A DNA stretch of 64,000 nt. Source: Patescibacteria group bacterium. GTDB lineage: Bacteria > Patescibacteriota > Patescibacteriia > UBA2591 > UBA4787. The translations under genes were made by a program, and so were the position numbers. This document shows, piece by piece, positions 47,261 through 56,690 of this stretch. The stretch lies in assembly GCA_028715115.1 (NCBI GenBank), contig JAQUSN010000002.1, forward strand, positions 210,816 through 274,815, given 5' to 3'. Positions within the stretch are counted from its first letter, which is position 1, and each line of letters starts with the position of its first letter. Below the pieces are notes generated by a model. The model saw only the letters and a program-made list of their open reading frames with translations, had not been told where the DNA came from and did not search any database.

Positions 47261-47263
47261 AGA

Positions 47264-49843
47264 TTAAAGCGTCGAAGTTGGAGTAGAAGCAGGACCGTAA
47301 TTAGGCGTAGTTGGTTTTTTGTCTAATTCAATTGCTTTGGCTCTTTCTAAAATTTCGCTCTCAACAACCGCTTTGGGTCGGCCGTATTTTAAGTGCGACA
47401 TTTCTTTTACTAACTTCGCCACTTCTTCGTTCCCTTTGCGCGGCGGCATGCCCAACATATTAAACGGCCTGACTGCTTCTTTATCAACCAGTAATTTCAC
47501 GTAAGCGTTAAATCGCTCAACATTAATTAAATCATATTCATTTAAAACGGGCGCAAATTGTTTAACCAAAACTTGCGCATCTTCAATGCCGATATTAAAA
47601 GCTATCATCGTGCCTACCGTGCCCAGCACCGCGTCGCGAATTGAAGTGTCGTTATTTTTTGTCAGCTGCCCCATATATTGATGGGCAATGGTCAGATCAA
47701 GTTTATATTTTCTCGCTTCGGACAAAATCACGCCAATCGTATCAGTGATAAAATTCTGGAACTCATCAATGTATAAATAAAAATCTCGGCGATTTTCTTC
47801 GGTGGTATCAGCGCGTGAAAACGCGGCCATAGTAATTTTACCAACGATAACTAAGCCCAAAAGATATGCATTCAGATCTCCCACCAAGCCTTTTGGCAAG
47901 GTTACCAGCACGATTTTGCCTTCGTCCATGGCCTTGCGGAAATTAAAAGCACTGGCCTGCTGGCCGATAATCGGCCGCATAATATCGTTAGAAATAAATT
48001 GATTCAACTTTGAAGTGATATAAGGAGTCATGTTGGAAAGAGCTGCTTCACCGCCAGCCTTCTCGGCTTCTTTAATCCAGAAATCGCGCACTACCGGATT
48101 GGTACAATGTTTTAATTTAAAATGGCGGAATTCAGGGTCGGCCATTACTTTGGGAATTTCCATTAGCGTCGAACCGGATTCGGGATGTTCCATAATCAAC
48201 AGCATGGCGTTACGCATATATTGTTCGAACATCGGGCCACCGGTTTGGCGCAAATCATAAAGCTTATCCATTATCTTAATCATTTCGTTAATCACAAAAG
48301 TTTTTTGTTCCGGATATTTTGAATCGTATTCAAGTAGATTCAAGCCCATCGGCCTATCAATATTGGCCGGATTAAAATAAATTACGTCCTCAGCTCGCTC
48401 TTTGGGAACGTTAGCTAAAATATTTTCCACTAAATCGCCATTCGGATCAATAACGCAAACGCCCTCGCCGTTTTCGATATCTTGAATGGCCATATTGGAG
48501 ATCAGGACGGATTTACCCACGCCGGTTTTACCGATTAGATATACATGTCGGCGGCGATCGTCGCGTTTAATGCGGATAATTTTTTCTTCTCCGCGATAAA
48601 TGTTTTTGCCTAAAATAATTCCTTCGGTCGGAATATTAACCGGCGCCGGAGCCTTCTTGGCTAAGAGCCACTGAATATTCGGCACTTCGGTAATTGATAA
48701 AGGAAAATGAAACAAACTGGTCAACTCTTCAGTATTTAAAACAAAACCGGTAGACGGAATAAAATCGCGATAAATAAAATTACGAACTACGTTAGCCGAG
48801 GCGCTGGTTGGCACGGCCTTAAAACCATTGCCATATTCATAACCGGTATACTGAGCAAAAGAATTTAAAATATTTTGCAAAGACATTTTAGCCGCATTTT
48901 TGTCCTGGCTGGCCACGACTATTCTAATATTAATATCAAGTCCTGCTTTCGAACTTTTTGCCTCTAAACCTTTGATTATCTCTTGCTCCATTGGTGAAAG
49001 CTGATGTGGCTTATTTATATCTTTTAACTGGTCTTTTTTGTTATCGGTGGCATAAAAACTTTTCACGAATTTCCAAACGCCGCCCTTTTTCTTGCTCATC
49101 ACTTCGCTCAACTTTTTTCCTTGCTGCATTTCAGTCGCAATCTTGGCGCCGACGCGATGCCACTCGGCATTAGCCGAACGCGCGACTATCTGAATAGCTG
49201 CCGAGCTGCCCTGCGGAATCTTTGATAAAGAAGTTAAAATGCCATTTAATGGATCATTTTCTAGCTGTTGGTAAGTTTTAATGGGAAAGGCCCATTTATT
49301 ACGAAGTTTGAGGTAGGCCGACTCGATTTGGGATTTAGAATCAAAAAGATTATAATCTTCAACTGTTTCGATTTGGGCGGCCGGATGTTGAGCATGAATT
49401 TGCTGTTCAACAAATTGCCTTAAAGATTTTGGCATCACGACGTAAAAACGGATCACGCCATCCTTGTTGATTACTATTTCAAAACTAATATGATCGTTAC
49501 GGCCCAAAAAATTTACCTTCAAACCGTGTTGAGCTTTTAATCCGCCGATATTAGCAAAAAAACCTTCCATCGGCGATAGCAAATCCTTGATTTGCTTTTG
49601 TTGTTTATTGTCGTCGCCACTCGATTCTTTGGGCACGGTGATTAATAAAACCACTTTGTCAAAAGCAGTCGAAAAACGGGCTATATTTTTTAAATAATTT
49701 TTTAATACAGCGAAAATAATTAAAAATAAAATAATAATTCCGATAAAAATTAAAAAATAAATGAAAAATCCGCCACTAAGCAATCCTATTCCTGCTTGTT
49801 GGGCGGTATTGAGATCTAAACTTGGCACTTGAAGATCATTCAT
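47264..49843 (-). CDS. Membrane-anchored P-loop ATPase of the type IV secretion/conjugation superfamily (VirD4/TraG- or VirB4-like, DUF87-like).
   Basis: N-terminal TM segment. Walker A LIGKTGVGKS followed by VIDPNGD. Walker B YLYIDEFQNF. An AHQYMGQL motif. Confidence 0.5.
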   Translation of the reverse strand: MNDLQVPSLDLNTAQQAGIGLLSGGFFIYFLIFIGIIILFLIIFAVLKNYLKNIARFSTAFDKVVLLITVPKESSGDDNKQQKQIKDLLSPMEGFFANIGGLKAQHGLKVNFLGRNDHISFEIVINKDGVIRFYVVMPKSLRQFVEQQIHAQHPAAQIETVEDYNLFDSKSQIESAYLKLRNKWAFPIKTYQQLENDPLNGILTSLSKIPQGSSAAIQIVARSANAEWHRVGAKIATEMQQGKKLSEVMSKKKGGVWKFVKSFYATDNKKDQLKDINKPHQLSPMEQEIIKGLEAKSSKAGLDINIRIVVASQDKNAAKMSLQNILNSFAQYTGYEYGNGFKAVPTSASANVVRNFIYRDFIPSTGFVLNTEELTSLFHFPLSITEVPNIQWLLAKKAPAPVNIPTEGIILGKNIYRGEEKIIRIKRDDRRRHVYLIGKTGVGKSVLISNMAIQDIENGEGVCVIDPNGDLVENILANVPKERAEDVIYFNPANIDRPMGLNLLEYDSKYPEQKTFVINEMIKIMDKLYDLRQTGGPMFEQYMRNAMLLIMEHPESGSTLMEIPKVMADPEFRHFKLKHCTNPVVRDFWIKEAEKAGGEAALSNMTPYITSKLNQFISNDIMRPIIGQQASAFNFRKAMDEGKIVLVTLPKGLVGDLNAYLLGLVIVGKITMAAFSRADTTEENRRDFYLYIDEFQNFITDTIGVILSEARKYKLDLTIAHQYMGQLTKNNDTSIRDAVLGTVGTMIAFNIGIEDAQVLVKQFAPVLNEYDLINVERFNAYVKLLVDKEAVRPFNMLGMPPRKGNEEVAKLVKEMSHLKYGRPKAVVESEILERAKAIELDKKPTTPNYGPASTPTSTL

Positions 49844-50012
49844 AAAATATAAAAAATAAAACCTAAAAGATAAAAAATATAAATGCCAATGCGCCGATTA
49901 AAAATTAAATCACAAGCACAAAATTACAAATCAAAATTTAAAAATTTAAATTCTAGATTATATTTTCCTGTCTACCGCCTGCCTAACGGTAGTCAGGGCG
50001 GGCAGGTAGATT

Positions 50013-50516
50013 CTACTTTCTTTTCTTTTCCGCTAAAGCTAAAATTTTGTCTGTTCTGATTTTTGATTCCTGCTCTAAAAAAAATCTATTAACTCCGGGA
50101 AGAATTTTCAACCAATTATAAATCAATTCTAAAATTTTCTTGACCGTAAATTTTGTTTGCGAAATAAGTTGTTCTATTTTCGTAGCTGTTTCCTCCCCCT
50201 TCTTTCTAAACTGCTCCTGTAAGGCGGCTGACAAATTTTTATAAACCGGCTCTAAATCCTCGGACAGAATGTTCTCAATCTCTTTTAACGTTTCACTTTT
50301 AGCTAAAACAACTGTCGGCACTTTTTTGCTTTTAACGGATGGTCTAACTGTTTTTGCCTGTGGTTGGATCTCGCCTGATTTTTCAACCGGTAAAGTTTCC
50401 GCCTGCTCTAATTTTTGCGCTTCGATTTCCGGAGTAATAGGCTGTTCAACCGTCGCTTTTTCGGTCGATGGCGCTATTTTTGGCTCTAACTCTTGGGGTG
50501 AATTTAACTCAGCCAT
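50013..50516 (-). CDS. Hypothetical protein with an acidic, low-complexity N-terminus.
   Basis: 167 aa. No family. Confidence 0.35.
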   Translation of the reverse strand: MAELNSPQELEPKIAPSTEKATVEQPITPEIEAQKLEQAETLPVEKSGEIQPQAKTVRPSVKSKKVPTVVLAKSETLKEIENILSEDLEPVYKNLSAALQEQFRKKGEETATKIEQLISQTKFTVKKILELIYNWLKILPGVNRFFLEQESKIRTDKILALAEKKRK

Positions 50517-50580
50517 AAAGGTAATAATAAATATTATGCGTTAATTATATACGAATAAAGAGAAATAGCAAGAAAATATA

Positions 50581-50652
50581 TAGCGCGTAAGGGAATCGAA
50601 CCCTTGTTATATGGTTGAGAACCATATGTCCTAGCCACTAGACGAACGCGCC
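50581..50652 (-). tRNA. tRNA-Glu (anticodon CTC). No encoded CCA.
   Basis: D arm TTCGTCTAGTGGCTAGGACA closely matches the E. coli tRNA-Glu D arm. Anticodon loop TTCTCAA. T arm AAGGG-TTCGATT-CCCTT. Confidence 0.65.
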
Positions 50653-50655
50653 CCA

Positions 50656-51843
50656 TTATAGATTTTCGTCTTGCAACTTTTCAAATAAATCTTTCTGCTT
50701 TTTATTTAAATTCTTGGGGACTTTTATCTCCACTTCAACAATCTGATCACCACGGCCATGGCCCTTTAAAAACGGCACACCCTTACCTGATAATTTAAAT
50801 TCCTGTCCCGAATAAGTGCCGGCCGGAATTTTAAGAACCACTTCACCGTCAATGGTTCTCACATTAATTTTCCCGCCTAAAACTGCTTGCGAAATTGAAA
50901 TTTGTTCCTGCGAATATAAATTATAACCCTCGCGTTTAAAATATTTATCTGGCCTGATATGCAAATGAATATATAAATCGCCCGCCGTCGCGCTCTTAGC
51001 GCCAGCTTCGCCATAACCAGCTAAACGAATAACCCCGCCGTCGTTTACACCGGCTGGAATTTTAACTTTAATATTCTGATATTGCTGGTATCGGCCCTCA
51101 CCTTTACACTGCACACATTTCTTACTCGTTAATTTACCTTCTCCTCTGCATTCTGGACACTCACCAACAGTGCGAAAAGTACCAAAAAAGGTTGTCTGGT
51201 CTTGCGCTACTTGCCCGGTTCCGCGACAACGAGAACAATTAATAATTTTACTGCCTGGCTCAGCGCCAGTCCCGCCACACTTTTGACAGGTGGCATTTTT
51301 TTCTAGTCTTAATTCTTTCTCTGTACCAAAAACAGCTTCTTTAAAGTCAACGCTTATTTCTATTTCCATGTCCCGTCCGGTCTTTTTTCTGGCCCTTGTA
51401 CGGCCACCGCTAAAACCGCCAAACAAGTCTCCAAAGATATCTCCCAAATCGCCGAACTCGGCTCCCTGAAATCCCTGATTGGTTTGATGACCATTTTGTT
51501 TCATAGCTTCGGCCCAAGTGGCCCAATCGCGGAAATTATCAAATCCAGAAAATCCGCCTTGTGAGCGAGCCTGTTGGAATGTTTCGCCATACTGGTCATA
51601 CATCTTTCTTTTTTCGGCATCAGAAAGGGTCTGATAAGCTTCGTTCACTTCTTTGAATTTTTCCGCATTGCCACCGGCTTTGTCGGGATGGTATTTGTGC
51701 GCCAATTCACGAAACGCTCGCCTGATTTCATCAGCCGAAGCATTCTTATTGATTCCTAAAGTTTTATAATAATCTGCCATAAATCTTAAAATTTTTGATC
51801 CGCCGGCTGGCGGAGATAAATTTTTAGCAACAATTATGAGCAC
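50656..51843 (-). CDS. dnaJ: Molecular chaperone DnaJ.
   Basis: J domain with HPD, a G/F region, and four CxxCxGxG zinc repeats. Confidence 0.9.
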   Translation of the reverse strand: MLIIVAKNLSPPAGGSKILRFMADYYKTLGINKNASADEIRRAFRELAHKYHPDKAGGNAEKFKEVNEAYQTLSDAEKRKMYDQYGETFQQARSQGGFSGFDNFRDWATWAEAMKQNGHQTNQGFQGAEFGDLGDIFGDLFGGFSGGRTRARKKTGRDMEIEISVDFKEAVFGTEKELRLEKNATCQKCGGTGAEPGSKIINCSRCRGTGQVAQDQTTFFGTFRTVGECPECRGEGKLTSKKCVQCKGEGRYQQYQNIKVKIPAGVNDGGVIRLAGYGEAGAKSATAGDLYIHLHIRPDKYFKREGYNLYSQEQISISQAVLGGKINVRTIDGEVVLKIPAGTYSGQEFKLSGKGVPFLKGHGRGDQIVEVEIKVPKNLNKKQKDLFEKLQDENL

Positions 51844-51886
51844 TCCGACTGTCTCGTCGGAGTAGCCATAAATATTAACGATAGAA

Positions 51887-52627
51887 CTATTTGATAGTCA
51901 TGCGAATAAAATTAATGATAGTTGGCCAACCAAAATAAGCAATAATAATTGCTATTATTATTCCGATAATTTTCCATAAATCTTTCTTAAACTCTCTACC
52001 TGATTTTATATCATCTGATTTTATAACGAGAGGAGGATAAAATCGAGGAAAGACCCGAATAATAAAATAAGCTATGCCTCCGCCCAATAGAATAAAAAAT
52101 ATAAAAAATAAAAATATATAAATAATACTAGGAGATTCATGAACGGAAATGAATTTTCGAGCTGGTATTATGAAAAGGGGTACTAATATTATAAACATTA
52201 TCATGGGACCGAAGATGTCTACCCCCCTATAAATAAATGTATTCCAATTTTTATTTTGAAAAAATTCAACTATCTTTTTTTTATAAACTATCGTTAGTTT
52301 TTCGTCTGAACTAGTTATATCGAGATAAAGATCATCTTCATTATATGAAAAAACTATATCTATATCATGACCATAATATCTTAATTTTAATGATTCTATA
52401 TTTAATATATCTTTCTTAATTCTATCTTCGAGTTCTTCTGATTTTTTAAATTCATAAATTTCTCCATTTTTAAATGATGCTATAAAGCATGGTTCTTTAA
52501 AATATTCATCTTTAAATATATTTTTTTCTTCTAAATATATGGTAATTAGAAAATCGGTTAACTTTTTTAAATCAATTAAATTTATACTAAAACTTTTAAT
52601 TTTTGTTCTGGATTTAAACTTGCTCAT
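51887..52627 (-). CDS. Hypothetical membrane protein.
   Basis: Soluble N-terminal domain and C-terminal TM helices. Confidence 0.35.
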   Translation of the reverse strand: MSKFKSRTKIKSFSINLIDLKKLTDFLITIYLEEKNIFKDEYFKEPCFIASFKNGEIYEFKKSEELEDRIKKDILNIESLKLRYYGHDIDIVFSYNEDDLYLDITSSDEKLTIVYKKKIVEFFQNKNWNTFIYRGVDIFGPMIMFIILVPLFIIPARKFISVHESPSIIYIFLFFIFFILLGGGIAYFIIRVFPRFYPPLVIKSDDIKSGREFKKDLWKIIGIIIAIIIAYFGWPTIINFIRMTIK

Positions 52628-52683
52628 ATTATTAATTTATTTTTAAAAAGATTAAAACTTATTAATCAGAATGAAAAATAAGT

Positions 52684-53748
52684 TTATATTTTAATCACTT
52701 CTGCTTCTTTCATTTCTTTTTCAATAGAAACCACGTCAATCAACCTGAAAACATAGAAAATAATTTGTGTTAATATTAGACCGATTCCGGCTAAAAAGCT
52801 AAAAATAAATTTGGCTAATAAAAACACTATGATAAGAATTAAGTAAGAAATATATTTTCCATACGGACCAATAAAATCGCCCAAGCGGTTGTTGATAATG
52901 GTCGTTAAAATGTCGTCCATTTTTTCTTTACCGGTTAAAGTAATGCCCAACGATTGGCCCATATCAACTCTCATTTGAGTAATCAAATTCGGGTTAATTT
53001 TTTTTGCCTGTTGCGAAAGTTGCAATAAAACAGTTTGATTAATTTCTGGATTACCAGCCAAAGCGCTAAAGTCTATTTTACCCGTTTTCTTGTCGACAAA
53101 CTTCTCTAGATTGATGGAATTAGGGTCTAAGCTCGGCTGAAATTCATTCGCCGCCAAAGACATCGACAATATTTCGTCCAGTGTTTTGTTTGAATCACAA
53201 AATGGTAATATTTTATTCAAGAACGGAGAAATAGGAACAATAGTCCATTTTATCAATTGTGGCGGCAGGGTAATTTTATTATTTTCAAACTTTATTAAAG
53301 GATGAACAAAATAGATAGATGAAAGAAAAATCGCCAAGCCGATTGATAATAGCGGAATACCGCGGCGGCAAAATCTTATTAGCGATACTTTGCAATATAA
53401 ATCTTTTTCAGTCGCAATAAGCTCGAAAGCAATAACCAAAGAAAAATAAAAAATAACCAAACCGATTAAATACCAAATAAGCGTACCGTGGCCAAAATAC
53501 CGAAAACCGACTGCGACAAACACGATCACCAAAATCAAGCTTGTGCCATAAATCACTCGCCTATCTTCGATTAAGCCAAAAAGCAACAAAACGGCGCCGA
53601 AGAAAAACACAGCAATAACCGCTGCCGCAATCGCATTAGCCGTAGAAATAGGCTTAACAAAAAAACTTAAAGTTTTATCTACAAGTAAAACTCCTGTTAA
53701 TAAAAATAAAAACGATAAAATCAGAATAACTGCCAATTTCTTGGACAT
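52684..53748 (-). CDS. Hypothetical polytopic membrane protein.
   Basis: About 6 TM helices plus a soluble loop. Confidence 0.35.
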   Translation of the reverse strand: MSKKLAVILILSFLFLLTGVLLVDKTLSFFVKPISTANAIAAAVIAVFFFGAVLLLFGLIEDRRVIYGTSLILVIVFVAVGFRYFGHGTLIWYLIGLVIFYFSLVIAFELIATEKDLYCKVSLIRFCRRGIPLLSIGLAIFLSSIYFVHPLIKFENNKITLPPQLIKWTIVPISPFLNKILPFCDSNKTLDEILSMSLAANEFQPSLDPNSINLEKFVDKKTGKIDFSALAGNPEINQTVLLQLSQQAKKINPNLITQMRVDMGQSLGITLTGKEKMDDILTTIINNRLGDFIGPYGKYISYLILIIVFLLAKFIFSFLAGIGLILTQIIFYVFRLIDVVSIEKEMKEAEVIKI

Positions 53749-53776
53749 ACTTCTGGTTATGAGCTAGCTTATATTG

Positions 53777-54544
53777 CTATCTTAATTCAAAACCTAACGT
53801 AACATTAACGGTAATTTCTTGACTACCCTGTTCTATGCTCGGGGCGCCGCCTCCACCAATACCGCTCATCGCCTTGTCTAAATAAATCGGTTGCGAATAA
53901 GTATATGTCCCGTCATTTTCAGAGAAAGAAACTACTCGACCAAGGGAAAAGCCAACGCTCTTGGCAATGTCTCTGGCTTTTTCTTTTGCCTGGGCAATAG
54001 CTTTTTCTCGAGCATCATTTCTTAATTTTTCCTTGTCGTCAATAATAAATTGAATATCGCCAACCTGATTGGCGCCACGAGAAACCGCACCATCAATAAT
54101 TTCACTAACCTTATCCAAGTTTCTCATTTTTACTGAAATACTTGAGGTCAACTCATAGCCGCGATCGATTCTGATACCATCTCTCCAATCATAACGAGGG
54201 CTTAAATAATAGCCAGTTGTTTGAATGTCTTTCACGTCAACACCGCTGTCTTTCACGAATTTAATGATTTCGTTCATTTTACTGGAATTTTCTTGCATTA
54301 CTTCTTTGGCCGTTAACTTATCGGTAACTACCGACAAAGTAACTAGGCCAATATCTGGTATGCCAATGGCCTTGCCTTCACCGCTGACAGAAATATTCTG
54401 CTGCGGATTAAATTTTGCCTTCCAGCCGCCAATTTGGCTAACCGACAAGGTCAGCAATAAAACAGCCAACAAAATCATAATAATGATTTTTATAGCTTTG
54501 TGGCCATGACACATTGGATGGTGCATCATTTGTTGTTCATCCAT
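53777..54544 (-). CDS. SIMPL/DUF541 (BP26-like) domain protein.
   Basis: N-terminal TM helix, then the characteristic DUF541 pattern (..VTLSV.T....A..A..EN...M..II..VK..GV...DIQT...SLSP.YDW..). Confidence 0.6.
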   Translation of the reverse strand: MDEQQMMHHPMCHGHKAIKIIIMILLAVLLLTLSVSQIGGWKAKFNPQQNISVSGEGKAIGIPDIGLVTLSVVTDKLTAKEVMQENSSKMNEIIKFVKDSGVDVKDIQTTGYYLSPRYDWRDGIRIDRGYELTSSISVKMRNLDKVSEIIDGAVSRGANQVGDIQFIIDDKEKLRNDAREKAIAQAKEKARDIAKSVGFSLGRVVSFSENDGTYTYSQPIYLDKAMSGIGGGGAPSIEQGSQEITVNVTLGFELR

Positions 54545-54598
54545 AAAATTTTAATTACGAATTAAATTTACCCTCACACCAAGTTAAAGGTATGGGAA

Positions 54599-55444
54599 TT
54601 AATTATTTAATAATGTTTTTGCTTCTTTGATTAATTGCAATAAAATATTAAGGGGGATTCTGTTTGTTCTGGAAAATTTATCAGGATCGATCTTCAATAA
54701 GTCTTCGGCGAGCATTATTCTCTTGTTCGCAAAAATATCAAAATGAAATTGTTTTAAAGACGGTAAAATGGTAATGGGATATAATTTTTGGCTCTCAATA
54801 TAATACTGTAAATTATTCGTTCCGGGATAACCCCAGCCCAACAATTTATTTCCTACGCAATTCGAGTAATCTATCGCCTGCTCGCTAAACTTAGTGTTGG
54901 TAACCAAAAGGCTGGAAATTTTGAGCCCGGCAAATTCTTTTTTATTAAAAAAGTTCCCTTGCTTAATGTCTAAAAATCTGGCGTGATTTGCCAGCGCCAC
55001 CTTTAAATCAGTACGAAATCCCAAAACATTATGATACTTGCATTCACCGACAAAAAGCTCTTTATCCTTCTTAGCTAAAAAATCTATTTCGTAATCAACA
55101 CAATAGCCCTTAATTATTTGATTGAGCTGCACCCAATAACCTTGTTTGGTTAAAATTGCAGCAATATATTTTTCAAATGGAAATCCACTCGGCCCTAATT
55201 TACGCAGAGAGCTCTTTAAGCTAAATTTAATAGCCACGGCCGGAACCTCTTTTCCTAAAAGTTGTTTAATGCGATCATAAATCTCGGTAGTTGTTATTCC
55301 GGGTCGAGCTTCTCGCCCAATAACTTCCATGGCCTTGCGCGCCACAAATTTGTCGGCTCCGGCGTGCCTAGCGCTACGATAAACCTTTTTTAAAGATAAA
55401 GGTTCTTTCTCTCCCAATAAATTAATGACGTAGATGGATTTCAT
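54599..55444 (-). CDS. ATP-cone domain protein fused to a PD-(D/E)xK (Mrr-like) restriction-endonuclease-like domain.
   Basis: N-terminal ATP-cone-like segment. C-terminal D..E.K (DYEIDF..GECKYH). Confidence 0.45.
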   Translation of the reverse strand: MKSIYVINLLGEKEPLSLKKVYRSARHAGADKFVARKAMEVIGREARPGITTTEIYDRIKQLLGKEVPAVAIKFSLKSSLRKLGPSGFPFEKYIAAILTKQGYWVQLNQIIKGYCVDYEIDFLAKKDKELFVGECKYHNVLGFRTDLKVALANHARFLDIKQGNFFNKKEFAGLKISSLLVTNTKFSEQAIDYSNCVGNKLLGWGYPGTNNLQYYIESQKLYPITILPSLKQFHFDIFANKRIMLAEDLLKIDPDKFSRTNRIPLNILLQLIKEAKTLLNN

Positions 55445-55512
55445 GGCTACTATAAATTATAAATTTTTACTCTATATATCATACAGGAAATATTTTATAA
55501 AAACAAGCTAGT

Positions 55513-56688
55513 TTACTTCTTTAAGCGCCGTTGGCGGCGACTTAAACTCAAAGCAAAACGATGGGCCTCGTCGCGCACTCTTAAAAATACATTTTTTGAC
55601 AATAAAACCATATCTTTTAGCGCTTTTTTACTTTTGGGCGGAAAAACCAACTCGTCTCCCCCGTATTTAGAAATGCCCACTAGAGGAATATTTATATTTT
55701 TATCTTTTAAAACTTTGGTCAAAAAATTAATCTGCGGACGCCCGCCATCGATCATTAGATAATCTGGGAACAGCCATTCTTTATGATTAAAACGCCTAAT
55801 TAAAACTTCTTCAAGGGCCCGCAAATCGTCATTGGCTGGCGCGGTTCTAATCTTAAAAAGTCGATATTGATTCTTGTCTGCTGCCCCGTTAACAAAAACC
55901 ACCATCGAGCCAACGGTTTCTCGACCGGTTAAATGGGAAATGTCATAACCTTCAATCTTGGTCAAGCGTTTGTCAAAATTCATATTCATTTCATTTTCAA
56001 TAGACAACAAAGCTACATCTTGCAAGTGCTTTAAGGCTAAAGCTTGAGCCGGATTTTGCTTGGTTAATTTTTTTAGCAATGACTTCTTTTGTCCACGCAA
56101 CAGGGCAATGATATTTTTTATACTTTCTTGGTATTGCTCATTTGATATCTTGCCAACGCAAGCTCCAGGACAAAGACCAATTTGGTAATTAAAACATGCT
56201 TCTCCGGACAATGGCCGGCAAGTGCTATAAGGAAAAACTTTTCTAATCAAACGCAAAAATTTTCTAACCAACATTAAACTTTGATACGGACCGAATATTT
56301 CAGCTCGGCTCGGCGGATATTTCTCCAATTCCCTTCGGCGCATCACCATCGGATACGGCCATTCGGTTTTCGGAATAACGATATAAATAAACGAACGGTC
56401 GTCTCGGTCTTTGATGTTATACTTCGGCCAATGTTTTTTTATCAAATTTGCTTCAAGAATTATTGCCTCCAAAACCGTATCAGTCGAAATGTATTTAATC
56501 TCTTTAGCCTTTTTTACCATCTCGAGTAGCCGTGATTCAAGATTTTTCTGAAAATAACTAGTCACTCGCCTTTTAAGCGAAGTGGCCCGGCCAACGTAAA
56601 GAATCTTTTTATTTTTATCAAGATACAAATATACGCCGGGCCGATCCGGTAAACTGCTGGCTCTTTTTTGTAATTTCCCCAAAGCCAT
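55513..56688 (-). CDS. uvrC: Excinuclease ABC subunit C, short form lacking the C-terminal (HhH)2.
   Basis: N-terminal GIY-YIG (GVYLYLD..ILYVGRA), a Cys4-like region, and the C-terminal RNase-H-like endonuclease motif VRDEAHRFA. Confidence 0.65.
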   Translation of the reverse strand: MALGKLQKRASSLPDRPGVYLYLDKNKKILYVGRATSLKRRVTSYFQKNLESRLLEMVKKAKEIKYISTDTVLEAIILEANLIKKHWPKYNIKDRDDRSFIYIVIPKTEWPYPMVMRRRELEKYPPSRAEIFGPYQSLMLVRKFLRLIRKVFPYSTCRPLSGEACFNYQIGLCPGACVGKISNEQYQESIKNIIALLRGQKKSLLKKLTKQNPAQALALKHLQDVALLSIENEMNMNFDKRLTKIEGYDISHLTGRETVGSMVVFVNGAADKNQYRLFKIRTAPANDDLRALEEVLIRRFNHKEWLFPDYLMIDGGRPQINFLTKVLKDKNINIPLVGISKYGGDELVFPPKSKKALKDMVLLSKNVFLRVRDEAHRFALSLSRRQRRLKK

Positions 56689-56690
56689 AA

